From assembly GCA_963523045.1 (NCBI GenBank), contig CAURBE010000003.1, forward strand, positions 12,528-76,527: a stretch of 64,000 nucleotides of DNA, given 5' to 3'. Under the pieces are notes generated by a model, which ran no database searches, was not told the origin of the DNA, and worked only from the letters and a program-made list of their open reading frames with translations. Both the position numbers and the translations under genes were made by a program. The stretch comes from an uncultured Candidatus Saccharibacteria bacterium (GTDB taxonomy: Bacteria > Patescibacteriota > Saccharimonadia > Saccharimonadales > Saccharimonadaceae). Shown here one piece after another: positions 49,791 through 57,644 of the stretch; position 1 is the first letter of the stretch, and every line of letters begins with the position of its first letter.

Positions 49791-50171
49791 ATGAATAAAC
49801 TGAAGATGATTTTGGCTGGGCTATTGATTGTACCAACAGTCGCTTTGGCAGTATCACCAACGACTAGTGCTGCCGACTTCACTCTGAGAAGTGGAGTTGA
49901 TAATGCGCAAGGAACGGGTGTTGATAACGTTGCTAAAGACCCTCAGGATTTAGTTAAAAATATTGTTAATATATTCTTATATGCTGTCGGTGTCTTGAGT
50001 GTTATTATGCTTATCTGGGGTGGTATTCGTTATACGACATCTGCTGGTGATAGCAATAAGGTGACCTCCGCAAAAAATACGGTTCTATATGCTATCGTTG
50101 GTTTGGTGGTAGCTATTCTAGCCTGGGCAATCGTTAACATGGTTATTACTCGATTTACATCAGGTTCATAG
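49791..50171 (+). CDS. VirB2-like T4SS pilin 6 (own promoter)
   Basis: GIRYTTSAGDSNKVTSAKNTVLYAIVGL core; upstream TTGCAA...TATAAT and AAGGAG. Confidence 0.82.
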   Translation: MNKLKMILAGLLIVPTVALAVSPTTSAADFTLRSGVDNAQGTGVDNVAKDPQDLVKNIVNIFLYAVGVLSVIMLIWGGIRYTTSAGDSNKVTSAKNTVLYAIVGLVVAILAWAIVNMVITRFTSGS

Positions 50172-50184
50172 TTGTTTTATTAAT

Positions 50185-50216
50185 AAAAAGGACCTCACCG
50201 GTGAGGTCCTTTTTTT
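50185..50216 (+). terminator. Intrinsic terminator after pilin array
   Basis: aaaaaggacctcaccggtgaggtccttttttt, perfect palindrome with T tract. Confidence 0.85.
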
Positions 50217-50222
50217 ATGGTC

Positions 50223-50253
50223 AAAAAATACCGCCACATTTTGGCGGTATTTT
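50223..50253 (-). terminator. Intrinsic terminator after hsp20
   Basis: aaaaaataccgcca-cattt-tggcggtatttt. Confidence 0.8.
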
Positions 50254-50266
50254 ATTTTCGATGATT

Positions 50267-50752
50267 TTATAGAACCTGAATCTTTTTTGCTTTTTCTTGC
50301 TTTACTTTTTCAAAAGTAATTGTCAAAACGCCATCTTTCAATTCTGCCTTTACGCCCTCTTCGTTAACCGCGGTTGGTAGGGCTAATGTACGGCTAAATT
50401 CACCCCAGTAACACTCTTGGATATGCCACTGGCGAACATCAGCTTCATCACCGCTTGATAGGGTGCCGCTGATTGTCAGGATACCGTCAGAAATACTGAC
50501 GTCCAAATCGTTGCGGTCTACACCAGCAGTACGTGCTTTAATAATCAAATCATTTTCGGTTTCAAAGACGTCAACTGCCAACTGCCCCATCAAATCGTCA
50601 GCTTCATCTTCCCAGTTGTCATCAGCTGCTACTGGGTCATTTGTGTTGGTAGTTTGAGGAGCTGGTAAATCTTGGTCGTCTCCACCAAGAAACGCCGCTG
50701 TTAGCTCGTCTTCTGCTGTTAGTAGTAGATCATCATCTTGCTTTCGGGCCAT
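50267..50752 (-). CDS. Hsp20/alpha-crystallin small heat-shock protein
   Basis: VDVFET, LTISG, QECYWGEFSRTLALP, AELKDGVLTI; GGAGGA RBS supports start 50752. Confidence 0.92.
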   Translation of the reverse strand: MARKQDDDLLLTAEDELTAAFLGGDDQDLPAPQTTNTNDPVAADDNWEDEADDLMGQLAVDVFETENDLIIKARTAGVDRNDLDVSISDGILTISGTLSSGDEADVRQWHIQECYWGEFSRTLALPTAVNEEGVKAELKDGVLTITFEKVKQEKAKKIQVL

Positions 50753-50858
50753 AATTTCCTCCGCGTTTATAATAAGGCTCATTGACAATAGTCCCTACAA
50801 TTATACCTGTAATGTGCGCTATAATCAACAGTGAGGAGTATAAAACGTAAAAAATACA

Positions 50859-51533
50859 ATGTTTGACACACTACTATCGATCATTGCTCCCCGCCACTGT
50901 TATAAGTGCGGTAAAACAGGGGGTATTTTATGTGTAGATTGTAAAAAATACATCATCAGTCAAAAATATAAAATATGCGTATTTTGTGGTGATCCGGTAA
51001 AAGATGGAAACTTATGCCAAAAGCATAATGTGCCCTGTGATATGGTCTGGTGTTTTGCACGACGGACTGGACCTGTAGCTAAAATAATTGACGATTATAA
51101 ATTTCGGCGTGTGCAAGCAGCGGCTGGAGTATTGAGTGATTTATTGGATATAAAATTACCTCCGCTGCCGCCTGAGGCAATTATCGTGCCGATTCCAACT
51201 ATTTCTCAGAACATTCGCCGCCGGGGTTTTGATCATATTCAAAAAATTGCTATTAAATTATCCAGGCGTCGAAAAGTGGGCTGTCTTTTTCTCCTCCGTC
51301 GCCGCAATAACATTACTCAGCATTTTACAAAGTCTTCTCGTCAGCGCCGCCGTCAGGCAAAGGATTTCTTTGAGTTAAGAGGTGTGATTGATAAAAATCG
51401 TCGATACGTTATTATCGATGATATTTTTACGACTGGATCAACGGTAATGGCGGCAGCAGATTGCTTAAAAAAAGCTGGTGCTGAACATGTAGAAGTTGCT
51501 GTGATTGTACGTCACGGTCGTCCGAAACTATAA
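50859..51533 (+). CDS. comF: ComF family competence phosphoribosyltransferase-like protein
   Basis: N-terminal CxxC zinc fingers, PIP...RRGFD, IIDDIFTTGST. Confidence 0.9.
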   Translation: MFDTLLSIIAPRHCYKCGKTGGILCVDCKKYIISQKYKICVFCGDPVKDGNLCQKHNVPCDMVWCFARRTGPVAKIIDDYKFRRVQAAAGVLSDLLDIKLPPLPPEAIIVPIPTISQNIRRRGFDHIQKIAIKLSRRRKVGCLFLLRRRNNITQHFTKSSRQRRRQAKDFFELRGVIDKNRRYVIIDDIFTTGSTVMAAADCLKKAGAEHVEVAVIVRHGRPKL

Positions 51534-51980
51534 GTGGTGATAATGACTGCCCCGATGAATTTCCTGCGCGCGATACAGCTGCTCTGCCAGGATGAGACGG
51601 ACTAGTTGATGCGGGAATACCAGGTTTGATAACGACCAAGTTACATTGGCTCGCTGGCGCATTTCATCGGTAACGCCGTAAGCCCCACCTATAATGAAGA
51701 CAATATGCTTATTGATGTGATTGCTAATTAAGTCTGATAATTCTGGTGATGATAAGTTTTTACCGCGTTCATCAAGCAAAATGACAAAATCATCTGAGCG
51801 CAGACGACTGGATATACGCTCTGACTCCTCCTGGCGCGCCCTGTCGCCTTCAAAGCTTGAATGTGGTAGAATTATCATCTCTGCGCCAAACGGCGGTCTC
51901 AGGCGCTCTAAAAAACGAAAAACGCCTGGTTGAATCCAGGGTTCGTTCTTTTTACCGATTGAGAGAATGGTTATTTTCAT
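51528..51980 (-). CDS. rlmH: 23S rRNA (pseudouridine1915-N3)-methyltransferase
   Basis: LDERGK, FIIGGAYG, FPHQLVRLILAEQLYRA, YH. Confidence 0.95.
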   Translation of the reverse strand: MKITILSIGKKNEPWIQPGVFRFLERLRPPFGAEMIILPHSSFEGDRARQEESERISSRLRSDDFVILLDERGKNLSSPELSDLISNHINKHIVFIIGGAYGVTDEMRQRANVTWSLSNLVFPHQLVRLILAEQLYRAQEIHRGSHYHHL

Positions 51981-51993
51981 CTTAGATTAATTG

Positions 51994-52081
51994 TGGCGGA
52001 GAGAGAGGGATTCGAACCCTCGATGAGTTGCCCCATACCGCTTTTCGAGAGCGGCCAGTTCAACCACTCCTGCATCTCTCC
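51994..52081 (-). tRNA. tRNA-Ser(CGA)
   Basis: Anticodon arm CCGCT-CTCGAAA-AGCGG, long variable arm, CCA. Confidence 0.96.
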
Positions 52082-52093
52082 ATAAAGCTAATG

Positions 52094-52170
52094 TGGTACA
52101 CCCGGCAAGATTCGAACTTACGACCTCTGGCTCCGCAAGCCAGCGCTCTATCCAGCTGAGCTACGGGTGC
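52094..52170 (-). tRNA. tRNA-Arg(GCG)
   Basis: Anticodon arm CTGGC-TTGCGGA-GCCAG, TTCGAAT loop, CCA. Confidence 0.95.
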
Positions 52171-52278
52171 ATACAGCCTTTCGGAAACCCGATTGGCCAT
52201 AACAAAAATATAAGGTACCTTCGCCGCTACAAAGCATTGAACTTTCGTATTCTACCACATAAAATATGGTCAATCAAG

Positions 52279-52797
52279 CTATAGCTTTATTAGTCTAATG
52301 AACTTTTCTAAGGCGTCGGGCTTGATTTCTTGCATTGGTAAACGTGCCCCCAACATGTCGACAATTTTTTCACCTTCTGCTTCAGAAAAATAAATAGTTA
52401 GTCCTGGAGAGAAGCGCTTGACTGGTAGTAGTAAAATAGAATGCTGGTCATTTTCATGCAGTAAACCAAAGGCGCGAAACTCGCTGAAGTCATGTAGTGT
52501 ATCAGCTATATAAATACCTTTTGGACTAATAGCGTAGTTGATGGTTTGAGGGTTCTTGTTTGACAAGACAAACAATGCCACCGCCATAATTGGTAGTAAG
52601 ATTGCAAAAGTCCAGTTCTGGAATACCAGAATTGCCAAAGCCATTAGTCCAGCTAGTACAATGGCAAAAAGTACATACCAAACCGCGCCACGCTGAACTC
52701 GCACTCCCTCTGGTGCATTCCAGGCGATTGGTTCAGTCAAATCAATCCTGTCTGATGGTGATGGTTTAAACTCTTGTGTCTCTGGACTGTCATTCAT
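52279..52797 (-). CDS. Hypothetical membrane protein (two TMs plus soluble domain)
   Basis: 172-aa ORF with two hydrophobic segments; promoter-like TGATATACT just upstream. Confidence 0.8.
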   Translation of the reverse strand: MNDSPETQEFKPSPSDRIDLTEPIAWNAPEGVRVQRGAVWYVLFAIVLAGLMALAILVFQNWTFAILLPIMAVALFVLSNKNPQTINYAISPKGIYIADTLHDFSEFRAFGLLHENDQHSILLLPVKRFSPGLTIYFSEAEGEKIVDMLGARLPMQEIKPDALEKFIRLIKL

Positions 52798-52832
52798 GAT
52801 GTTAGTATATCATGAGCAGAATGAGCTAACAA

Positions 52833-53240
52833 TTAAACGTTAGTGGTTGATCCGCCGCTTAAAGCTGCGCCCAAGATAAAGTTAATAATTGCATAAGCGA
52901 AGACTGCGACTAGCAAGCCAATAATTGCATATAAAATAGTGTTCTTTGCGTTCGTGACTGATTCTTTTTTACCACCAGAGATAACGTAGCGAAAACCACC
53001 AAAAATCAGCATAATTACGCTTAATACACCAACACCAAACAGCATAATGTTAATGCCACGTTTGACAATTGATGTATCGCCGTTGATTAGATTGGTCGGT
53101 GTGTTGTCGCCACGTGCTGCGTTAACGCCAGCTGGCGCGCCACCTTCGCCGAGTGCAGAAACTGGAGTAGCTATCAAGGCTACGCCGAGTCCAATTGCGA
53201 ATAATCCTGTAATAATTTTAGAAATGTATCCGTGTATCAT
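52833..53240 (-). CDS. Orphan VirB2-like T4SS pilin
   Basis: GFRYVISGGKKESVTNAKNTILYAIIGL, same core as the array pilins. Confidence 0.8.
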   Translation of the reverse strand: MIHGYISKIITGLFAIGLGVALIATPVSALGEGGAPAGVNAARGDNTPTNLINGDTSIVKRGINIMLFGVGVLSVIMLIFGGFRYVISGGKKESVTNAKNTILYAIIGLLVAVFAYAIINFILGAALSGGSTTNV

Positions 53241-53312
53241 AATCCTATTATACCTTATTTATTCTAAAGCTGTTAATTGTCACACTTCTATGGTACACTA
53301 AATAGTGAATTT

Positions 53313-53405
53313 GGAGGAGTACCCAAGTGGCTGAAGGGGACGGTTTGCTAAATCGTTAGTACGGAGAGATCTGTAGCGGGAGTTCGAATCTCCCCTCCTC
53401 CGCCA
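53313..53405 (+). tRNA. tRNA-Ser(GCT)
   Basis: ACGGT-TTGCTAA-ATCGT anticodon arm, long variable arm, CCA. Confidence 0.96.
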
Positions 53406-53423
53406 AAATTCAAGGAGACAATT

Positions 53424-53513
53424 GGAAGGGTGACCGAGTGGTTGAAGGTACCGGTCTTGAAAACCGGCGTGCGGTAAAACGTACCGAGGGTTCGAATCCC
53501 TCCCCTTCCGCCA
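53424..53513 (+). tRNA. tRNA-Ser(TGA)
   Basis: CCGGT-CTTGAAA-ACCGG anticodon arm, long variable arm, CCA. Confidence 0.96.
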
Positions 53514-53522
53514 TAATGACTA

Positions 53523-53548
53523 ATCCGCTGAGCAGAGCGGATATTTTT
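53523..53548 (+). terminator. Probable terminator after tRNA-Ser pair
   Basis: atccgct-gagcag-agcggat followed by attttt. Confidence 0.65.
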
Positions 53549-53564
53549 ATATCGCGAAATATAA

Positions 53565-53593
53565 TTGACAAAAAACAAAGCTTATGCTAGTAT
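53565..53593 (+). promoter_or_regulatory. Sigma70 promoter of 53639 gene
   Basis: TTGACA-17 nt-TAGTAT with extended TG. Confidence 0.7.
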
Positions 53594-53638
53594 AGTAGTC
53601 AGTATTCTAAAAAATAGATACCAAAAAGAAAGAAAAAT

Positions 53639-53995
53639 ATGAATTTAGTACAACAATTATTTACCACCGCAACCATGCTTGTGAGTCTGAGTACGGCGTT
53701 CGGCGTGTTGTTGCACGATACTAATATTGATAAAGCATTTTTATCATCTTGGAAACCGTACAGTGTTCAAGGAAATATCGAGGATGAAACGAAATTGCCA
53801 GAGACCAATCCTCATACTCACCCGGAGCATTCGCAGCTTTCTAATATGCTAAAGGAAGGTTCGGCGCGACCACGGACGACGCCGCGCAGTAACGATAAAA
53901 AGCGATTACGCCAAAAATACGCTGCTCGTGGACAACATGCTTTTGATGGGTGTCATCTTAATCTTGACGCCGCTGGTTGTCCTATTTTAGGCTAA
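53639..53995 (+). CDS. Hypothetical protein
   Basis: 118-aa ORF with N-terminal hydrophobic stretch, HTHPEH and basic tail; promoter upstream. Confidence 0.7.
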   Translation: MNLVQQLFTTATMLVSLSTAFGVLLHDTNIDKAFLSSWKPYSVQGNIEDETKLPETNPHTHPEHSQLSNMLKEGSARPRTTPRSNDKKRLRQKYAARGQHAFDGCHLNLDAAGCPILG

Positions 53996-56537
53996 TTACT
54001 TCTAATTCTGCAACAAGTCGAGTGATAATTTTGTCTTGCTCGGCTAGTTGTTGACGAGTTTCTTCAACAAGATGCGCTGGAGCCTTTTCGACGTAAGTCG
54101 GGTTATCAAGACGTTTCTGGAGACCTGTCAGCTTTTGACGAGCTTCGGCTAGGCGTATTTCCAAGTTTTCTTGATGTTGATATAGGGTTTCACTGTCAAT
54201 ATCCAACCATGCCTCCCTGTTTGCCGCCGCTAACCTAAGGCCCCGTGGCTGGTCGGTGTGTGCAATTGACTCCAGGCGCATAAGGTGCTTGATAGTGTCT
54301 TGATTGTCGGCGATGAGGCTGTCATTGCCGTATAGTAGTCGGTATTTCTTATTGCCCGGCAGTTCAGCGATCACCCAGCGGCCTTCGGCGACCAGCATCT
54401 TCAGCTGTTCAAACTGCTCAGCAGCGATAGGATCAAACCTTTCTGGGGTTGGCCAGTGGTCGCGCATTAAAATGCCGTCGGTATAATTAAGCGTCTGCCA
54501 AATCGTTTCGGTGACAAATGGCGCGAACGGATGAGCGATTTTCAGGCTGGTTGCCAGCGCCCATGACAGTAATGGGCGATTGATGGCAGTTTTTGACGAT
54601 TCGATATACCAATCGGCTAGATCATCCCAAATAGCGTGATAGACCGTGTCCGCAGCTTCAGAAAAGCGGTACTGCTCCAAGCGGACGGCGACGTTATTGG
54701 CGGCGTCGTTCAGCTGGCGGATAATCCAGTGATCGGCCGGCGTTTGCGGCTCCAGGTCAACGATTTGGTGCTCATCGCCGATTTGCGCCTCGACGAAACG
54801 AGCGATATTCCACAGCTTATTACAGAAATTGCGAGCAGCGATGACCGCGCCCTTGTTGAAGGCTTGATGCTGGGCTGGCGCGCGGCCAGCGATGATGCCC
54901 ATGCGGGTAGCGTCTGAGCCAAATTCTGAGACTAGCTCCATTGGATTGATGACATTACCCTTGGATTTGGACATTTTTTGATTATGTTCGTCGTTGACCA
55001 TGCCGTGCAGGTAGACGTCCTTGAACGGTAGTTTGCCGGTGCGGTACAGGCTAAGCATAATCATCCGCGCCACCCATGCCCGCATAATGTCCATGCCAGT
55101 TTCCATCAGGCTGGTCGGGAAATATTTGGCCAGTTCCCCGCCGTTTAGGTAATCGGTAACGATGTACGGCCACTGTCCAGACGAAAACCAGGTGTCAAAG
55201 GTGTCCTCTTCCCTGATATATGTTGTACCATTTACAACTATTTTTCGTTCGTCAGTACGAATGTTAAATATCCAATCGCGCGGGTCGCTTTCATTGACAA
55301 ATGCTGGAATCGGGATGCCCCACGGGATTTGCCGAGAGATATTCCAATCTTTCAATTGTTTGAGATAAGCGATGAGCTCTTTGCGTTTGGCGGCTGGATA
55401 AAAGGTAATCTCTTCCCTCTCTAAGGCTTCGATGGCTGGTTGAGCTAGTGGCTGCATTTTAATAAACCACTGCTCCTTAACCATCGGCTCAATCACGCTG
55501 CCGCATTTGTAACAATGTCCGACGGCATGTTCAATGTCTGTTTCGCCGCGGCGCAGCTCCAATGACTCCAAAGCCGCCAACACGCGAGTGCGGGCTTCTG
55601 TCGGCGTCAGGCCTAGGAATTGTGGCGGTACGTTGACCATCTTGCCTTCTTGGCTGATGATTTGCTTGAGCGGCAGGTTGTGGCGCTCGGCCATTTCGAA
55701 GTCGTTCGGGTCATGTGCCGGCGTAATTTTCACCGCGCCAGTACCGTAATTCATATCGACATATTCATCGGCGATAATCGGGATCTCCTTATCAACAATT
55801 GGTAATAAAATTCGTGTACCAACTAGCTTTTTATATCGCTCATCGTCTGGATGGACGGCCACCGCTACGTCACCGAGCATGGTCTCTGGGCGAGTAGTGG
55901 CTACGATAATTTCGCCAATTTTATCTAACGTCGGATAAGCGATTTGCCACAACTTCCCTTTTTCATTTTTATGCTCAACCTCGATGTCAGCAAAGCTGGT
56001 TTGGTGTTTGGTGCAGTAATTGACAATTCTCTCACCTCTGTAAATTAAATCGTCATCCCACATTTTCTTGAATGTGTCGTATACTGTGTTGATGACCTTA
56101 TCATCTAGAGTGAAGGTCAAATGTTGCCAGGATGCGCTGATACCTAGAGCGCGTAATTGCAGCTCCATGTTACCGCGTTTTTCTTGGACAAAATTCCAAA
56201 CCTGACTATATAGTTGTTCCCTAGAGAAATCAAAGCGACTCTTTCCCTGCTTTGCTAGCTCTTTTTCATAGACAACCCATGTCTCGAAGCCAGCGTGATC
56301 AGCCCCAGGAATAAACACCGCATCGTCGCCCTTCATGCGGTGATAACGGACAAGGATATCCTTTAGGTTCATATCTAGGGCGTGGCCAATATGCAAGTTG
56401 CCATTGGCGTTAGGTGGCGGCATTACGATAGAATATGGTCTGCCAACACCAGTCGGTTCTAGGGCGCCACTAGTCTCCCACATGGCGTAAATATTTGGCT
56501 CGTAATCATTTGGTATGTATTGTTTGGCTAACTGCAT
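53982..56537 (-). CDS. valS: Valine--tRNA ligase
   Basis: HIGH and KMSKS motifs, ATTRPET, DWNISRQ, C-terminal coiled coil; alternative start 56549. Confidence 0.97.
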   Translation of the reverse strand: MQLAKQYIPNDYEPNIYAMWETSGALEPTGVGRPYSIVMPPPNANGNLHIGHALDMNLKDILVRYHRMKGDDAVFIPGADHAGFETWVVYEKELAKQGKSRFDFSREQLYSQVWNFVQEKRGNMELQLRALGISASWQHLTFTLDDKVINTVYDTFKKMWDDDLIYRGERIVNYCTKHQTSFADIEVEHKNEKGKLWQIAYPTLDKIGEIIVATTRPETMLGDVAVAVHPDDERYKKLVGTRILLPIVDKEIPIIADEYVDMNYGTGAVKITPAHDPNDFEMAERHNLPLKQIISQEGKMVNVPPQFLGLTPTEARTRVLAALESLELRRGETDIEHAVGHCYKCGSVIEPMVKEQWFIKMQPLAQPAIEALEREEITFYPAAKRKELIAYLKQLKDWNISRQIPWGIPIPAFVNESDPRDWIFNIRTDERKIVVNGTTYIREEDTFDTWFSSGQWPYIVTDYLNGGELAKYFPTSLMETGMDIMRAWVARMIMLSLYRTGKLPFKDVYLHGMVNDEHNQKMSKSKGNVINPMELVSEFGSDATRMGIIAGRAPAQHQAFNKGAVIAARNFCNKLWNIARFVEAQIGDEHQIVDLEPQTPADHWIIRQLNDAANNVAVRLEQYRFSEAADTVYHAIWDDLADWYIESSKTAINRPLLSWALATSLKIAHPFAPFVTETIWQTLNYTDGILMRDHWPTPERFDPIAAEQFEQLKMLVAEGRWVIAELPGNKKYRLLYGNDSLIADNQDTIKHLMRLESIAHTDQPRGLRLAAANREAWLDIDSETLYQHQENLEIRLAEARQKLTGLQKRLDNPTYVEKAPAHLVEETRQQLAEQDKIITRLVAELEVISLK

Positions 56538-56699
56538 AGATAATTCCATAATTTTTCATGTGAAAAAAGACAAAAGAAAATACGAGAACTTTTCACGTGT
56601 AAAAGCCCCTAATTATACTACTTTTAAATTTCTCCACATGTTTATATTACAGCTTAATTATACCACAGACCGCGGGAAGGAATGAAGTGGTAAAAGGGG

Positions 56700-57626
56700 T
56701 TACTTTCTGATGGTTTGGTAGATTCGATAAAGCCAATATTGAAGTGGTTTCAGGGGAAGTTCCCAAGTTGCGCCAGAATAGACATCTTTGCCACCAAATG
56801 ATCGCTTGAACCTTGTAAAGCCAGCCCAAGGATGATTTTCTGGTGCATTTTCTGGAGCGATTCCATATAAGTCAACTTGGTCCATGTGGCGATGTTTTGC
56901 GTCAATGATAGCTTCAGTAAGCAGGGCAGTACCAGCGTTTAGCTTGCGATATTCTGGTGCAGATTCAGCAGCGGCATGTGCATAAATTCGTGTTGTTTTT
57001 GAGTCGAAAAATAGGGCAGTAGCAATTATTTTATCGTCGTATGTTGCATACCAAAAAGAAGCATCGTCGCTAGGTAGCAGAGATTTCGCCTGTTTATGGA
57101 AATATGAATCTGGGTGTGGTGACATGCCAGTTCGTTTGGCGACCTGATGAATTAATTTAAGGAAATATTTAATATCTTCTGGGTTTTGAGAATGTTGAAC
57201 GGTAACACCTTTTTTACGATAATTCCGATAACAATTTCTGACAGGTTGTGTCATGTTAGATATGATGTCATCTTCTGACGGCTGAAGGTCAATAATGTGA
57301 GTGTATTCTGGCTGTAGGTGTATGTAAGTGGCTTTTTTCCAGTGTTCGTCGGATAATGTCTTAGAAAAATCAGGTTTGATTGGCCCGACTCTGAGAAATG
57401 TTACGTCAAGTTTTTTACCTAAATCAGTCAAGTTTTTTAGGGCTAATTTTAGACTCTCTTCATTGGTGGCAGTTGGGCCAAAAGGGCAATATAGGCGAGA
57501 GTTGCCAGTGCCATGTTCTAATATCGCGAAATATTCCCAATTTTCGCCTCTGTTGTGAAATACTTTTTGTCCGAGCGATTGTTGAAATTTTTTCCAGGCG
57601 GTTGATTGTAAAAAATATTGATTCAT
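56700..57626 (-). CDS. FemABX family aminoacyl transferase (peptidoglycan bridge formation)
   Basis: FLQS..W, YCPFGP, DLYGI...HPWAGFTRFKRSFGG. Confidence 0.88.
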   Translation of the reverse strand: MNQYFLQSTAWKKFQQSLGQKVFHNRGENWEYFAILEHGTGNSRLYCPFGPTATNEESLKLALKNLTDLGKKLDVTFLRVGPIKPDFSKTLSDEHWKKATYIHLQPEYTHIIDLQPSEDDIISNMTQPVRNCYRNYRKKGVTVQHSQNPEDIKYFLKLIHQVAKRTGMSPHPDSYFHKQAKSLLPSDDASFWYATYDDKIIATALFFDSKTTRIYAHAAAESAPEYRKLNAGTALLTEAIIDAKHRHMDQVDLYGIAPENAPENHPWAGFTRFKRSFGGKDVYSGATWELPLKPLQYWLYRIYQTIRK

Positions 57627-57644
57627 GTTGTAATCCTCACAACG

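Noticed and set aside
52171..52260. Possible small RNA in the leader upstream of tRNA-Arg
   Set aside because: Only one short hairpin; consistent with an ordinary tRNA precursor leader
47694..53578. Short ORFs 47694-47897, 52093-52284 and 53348-53578
   Set aside because: Antisense shadows of tRNA genes
56550..56699. T-box riboswitch upstream of valS
   Set aside because: No T-box consensus or terminator/antiterminator seen and the leader is too short
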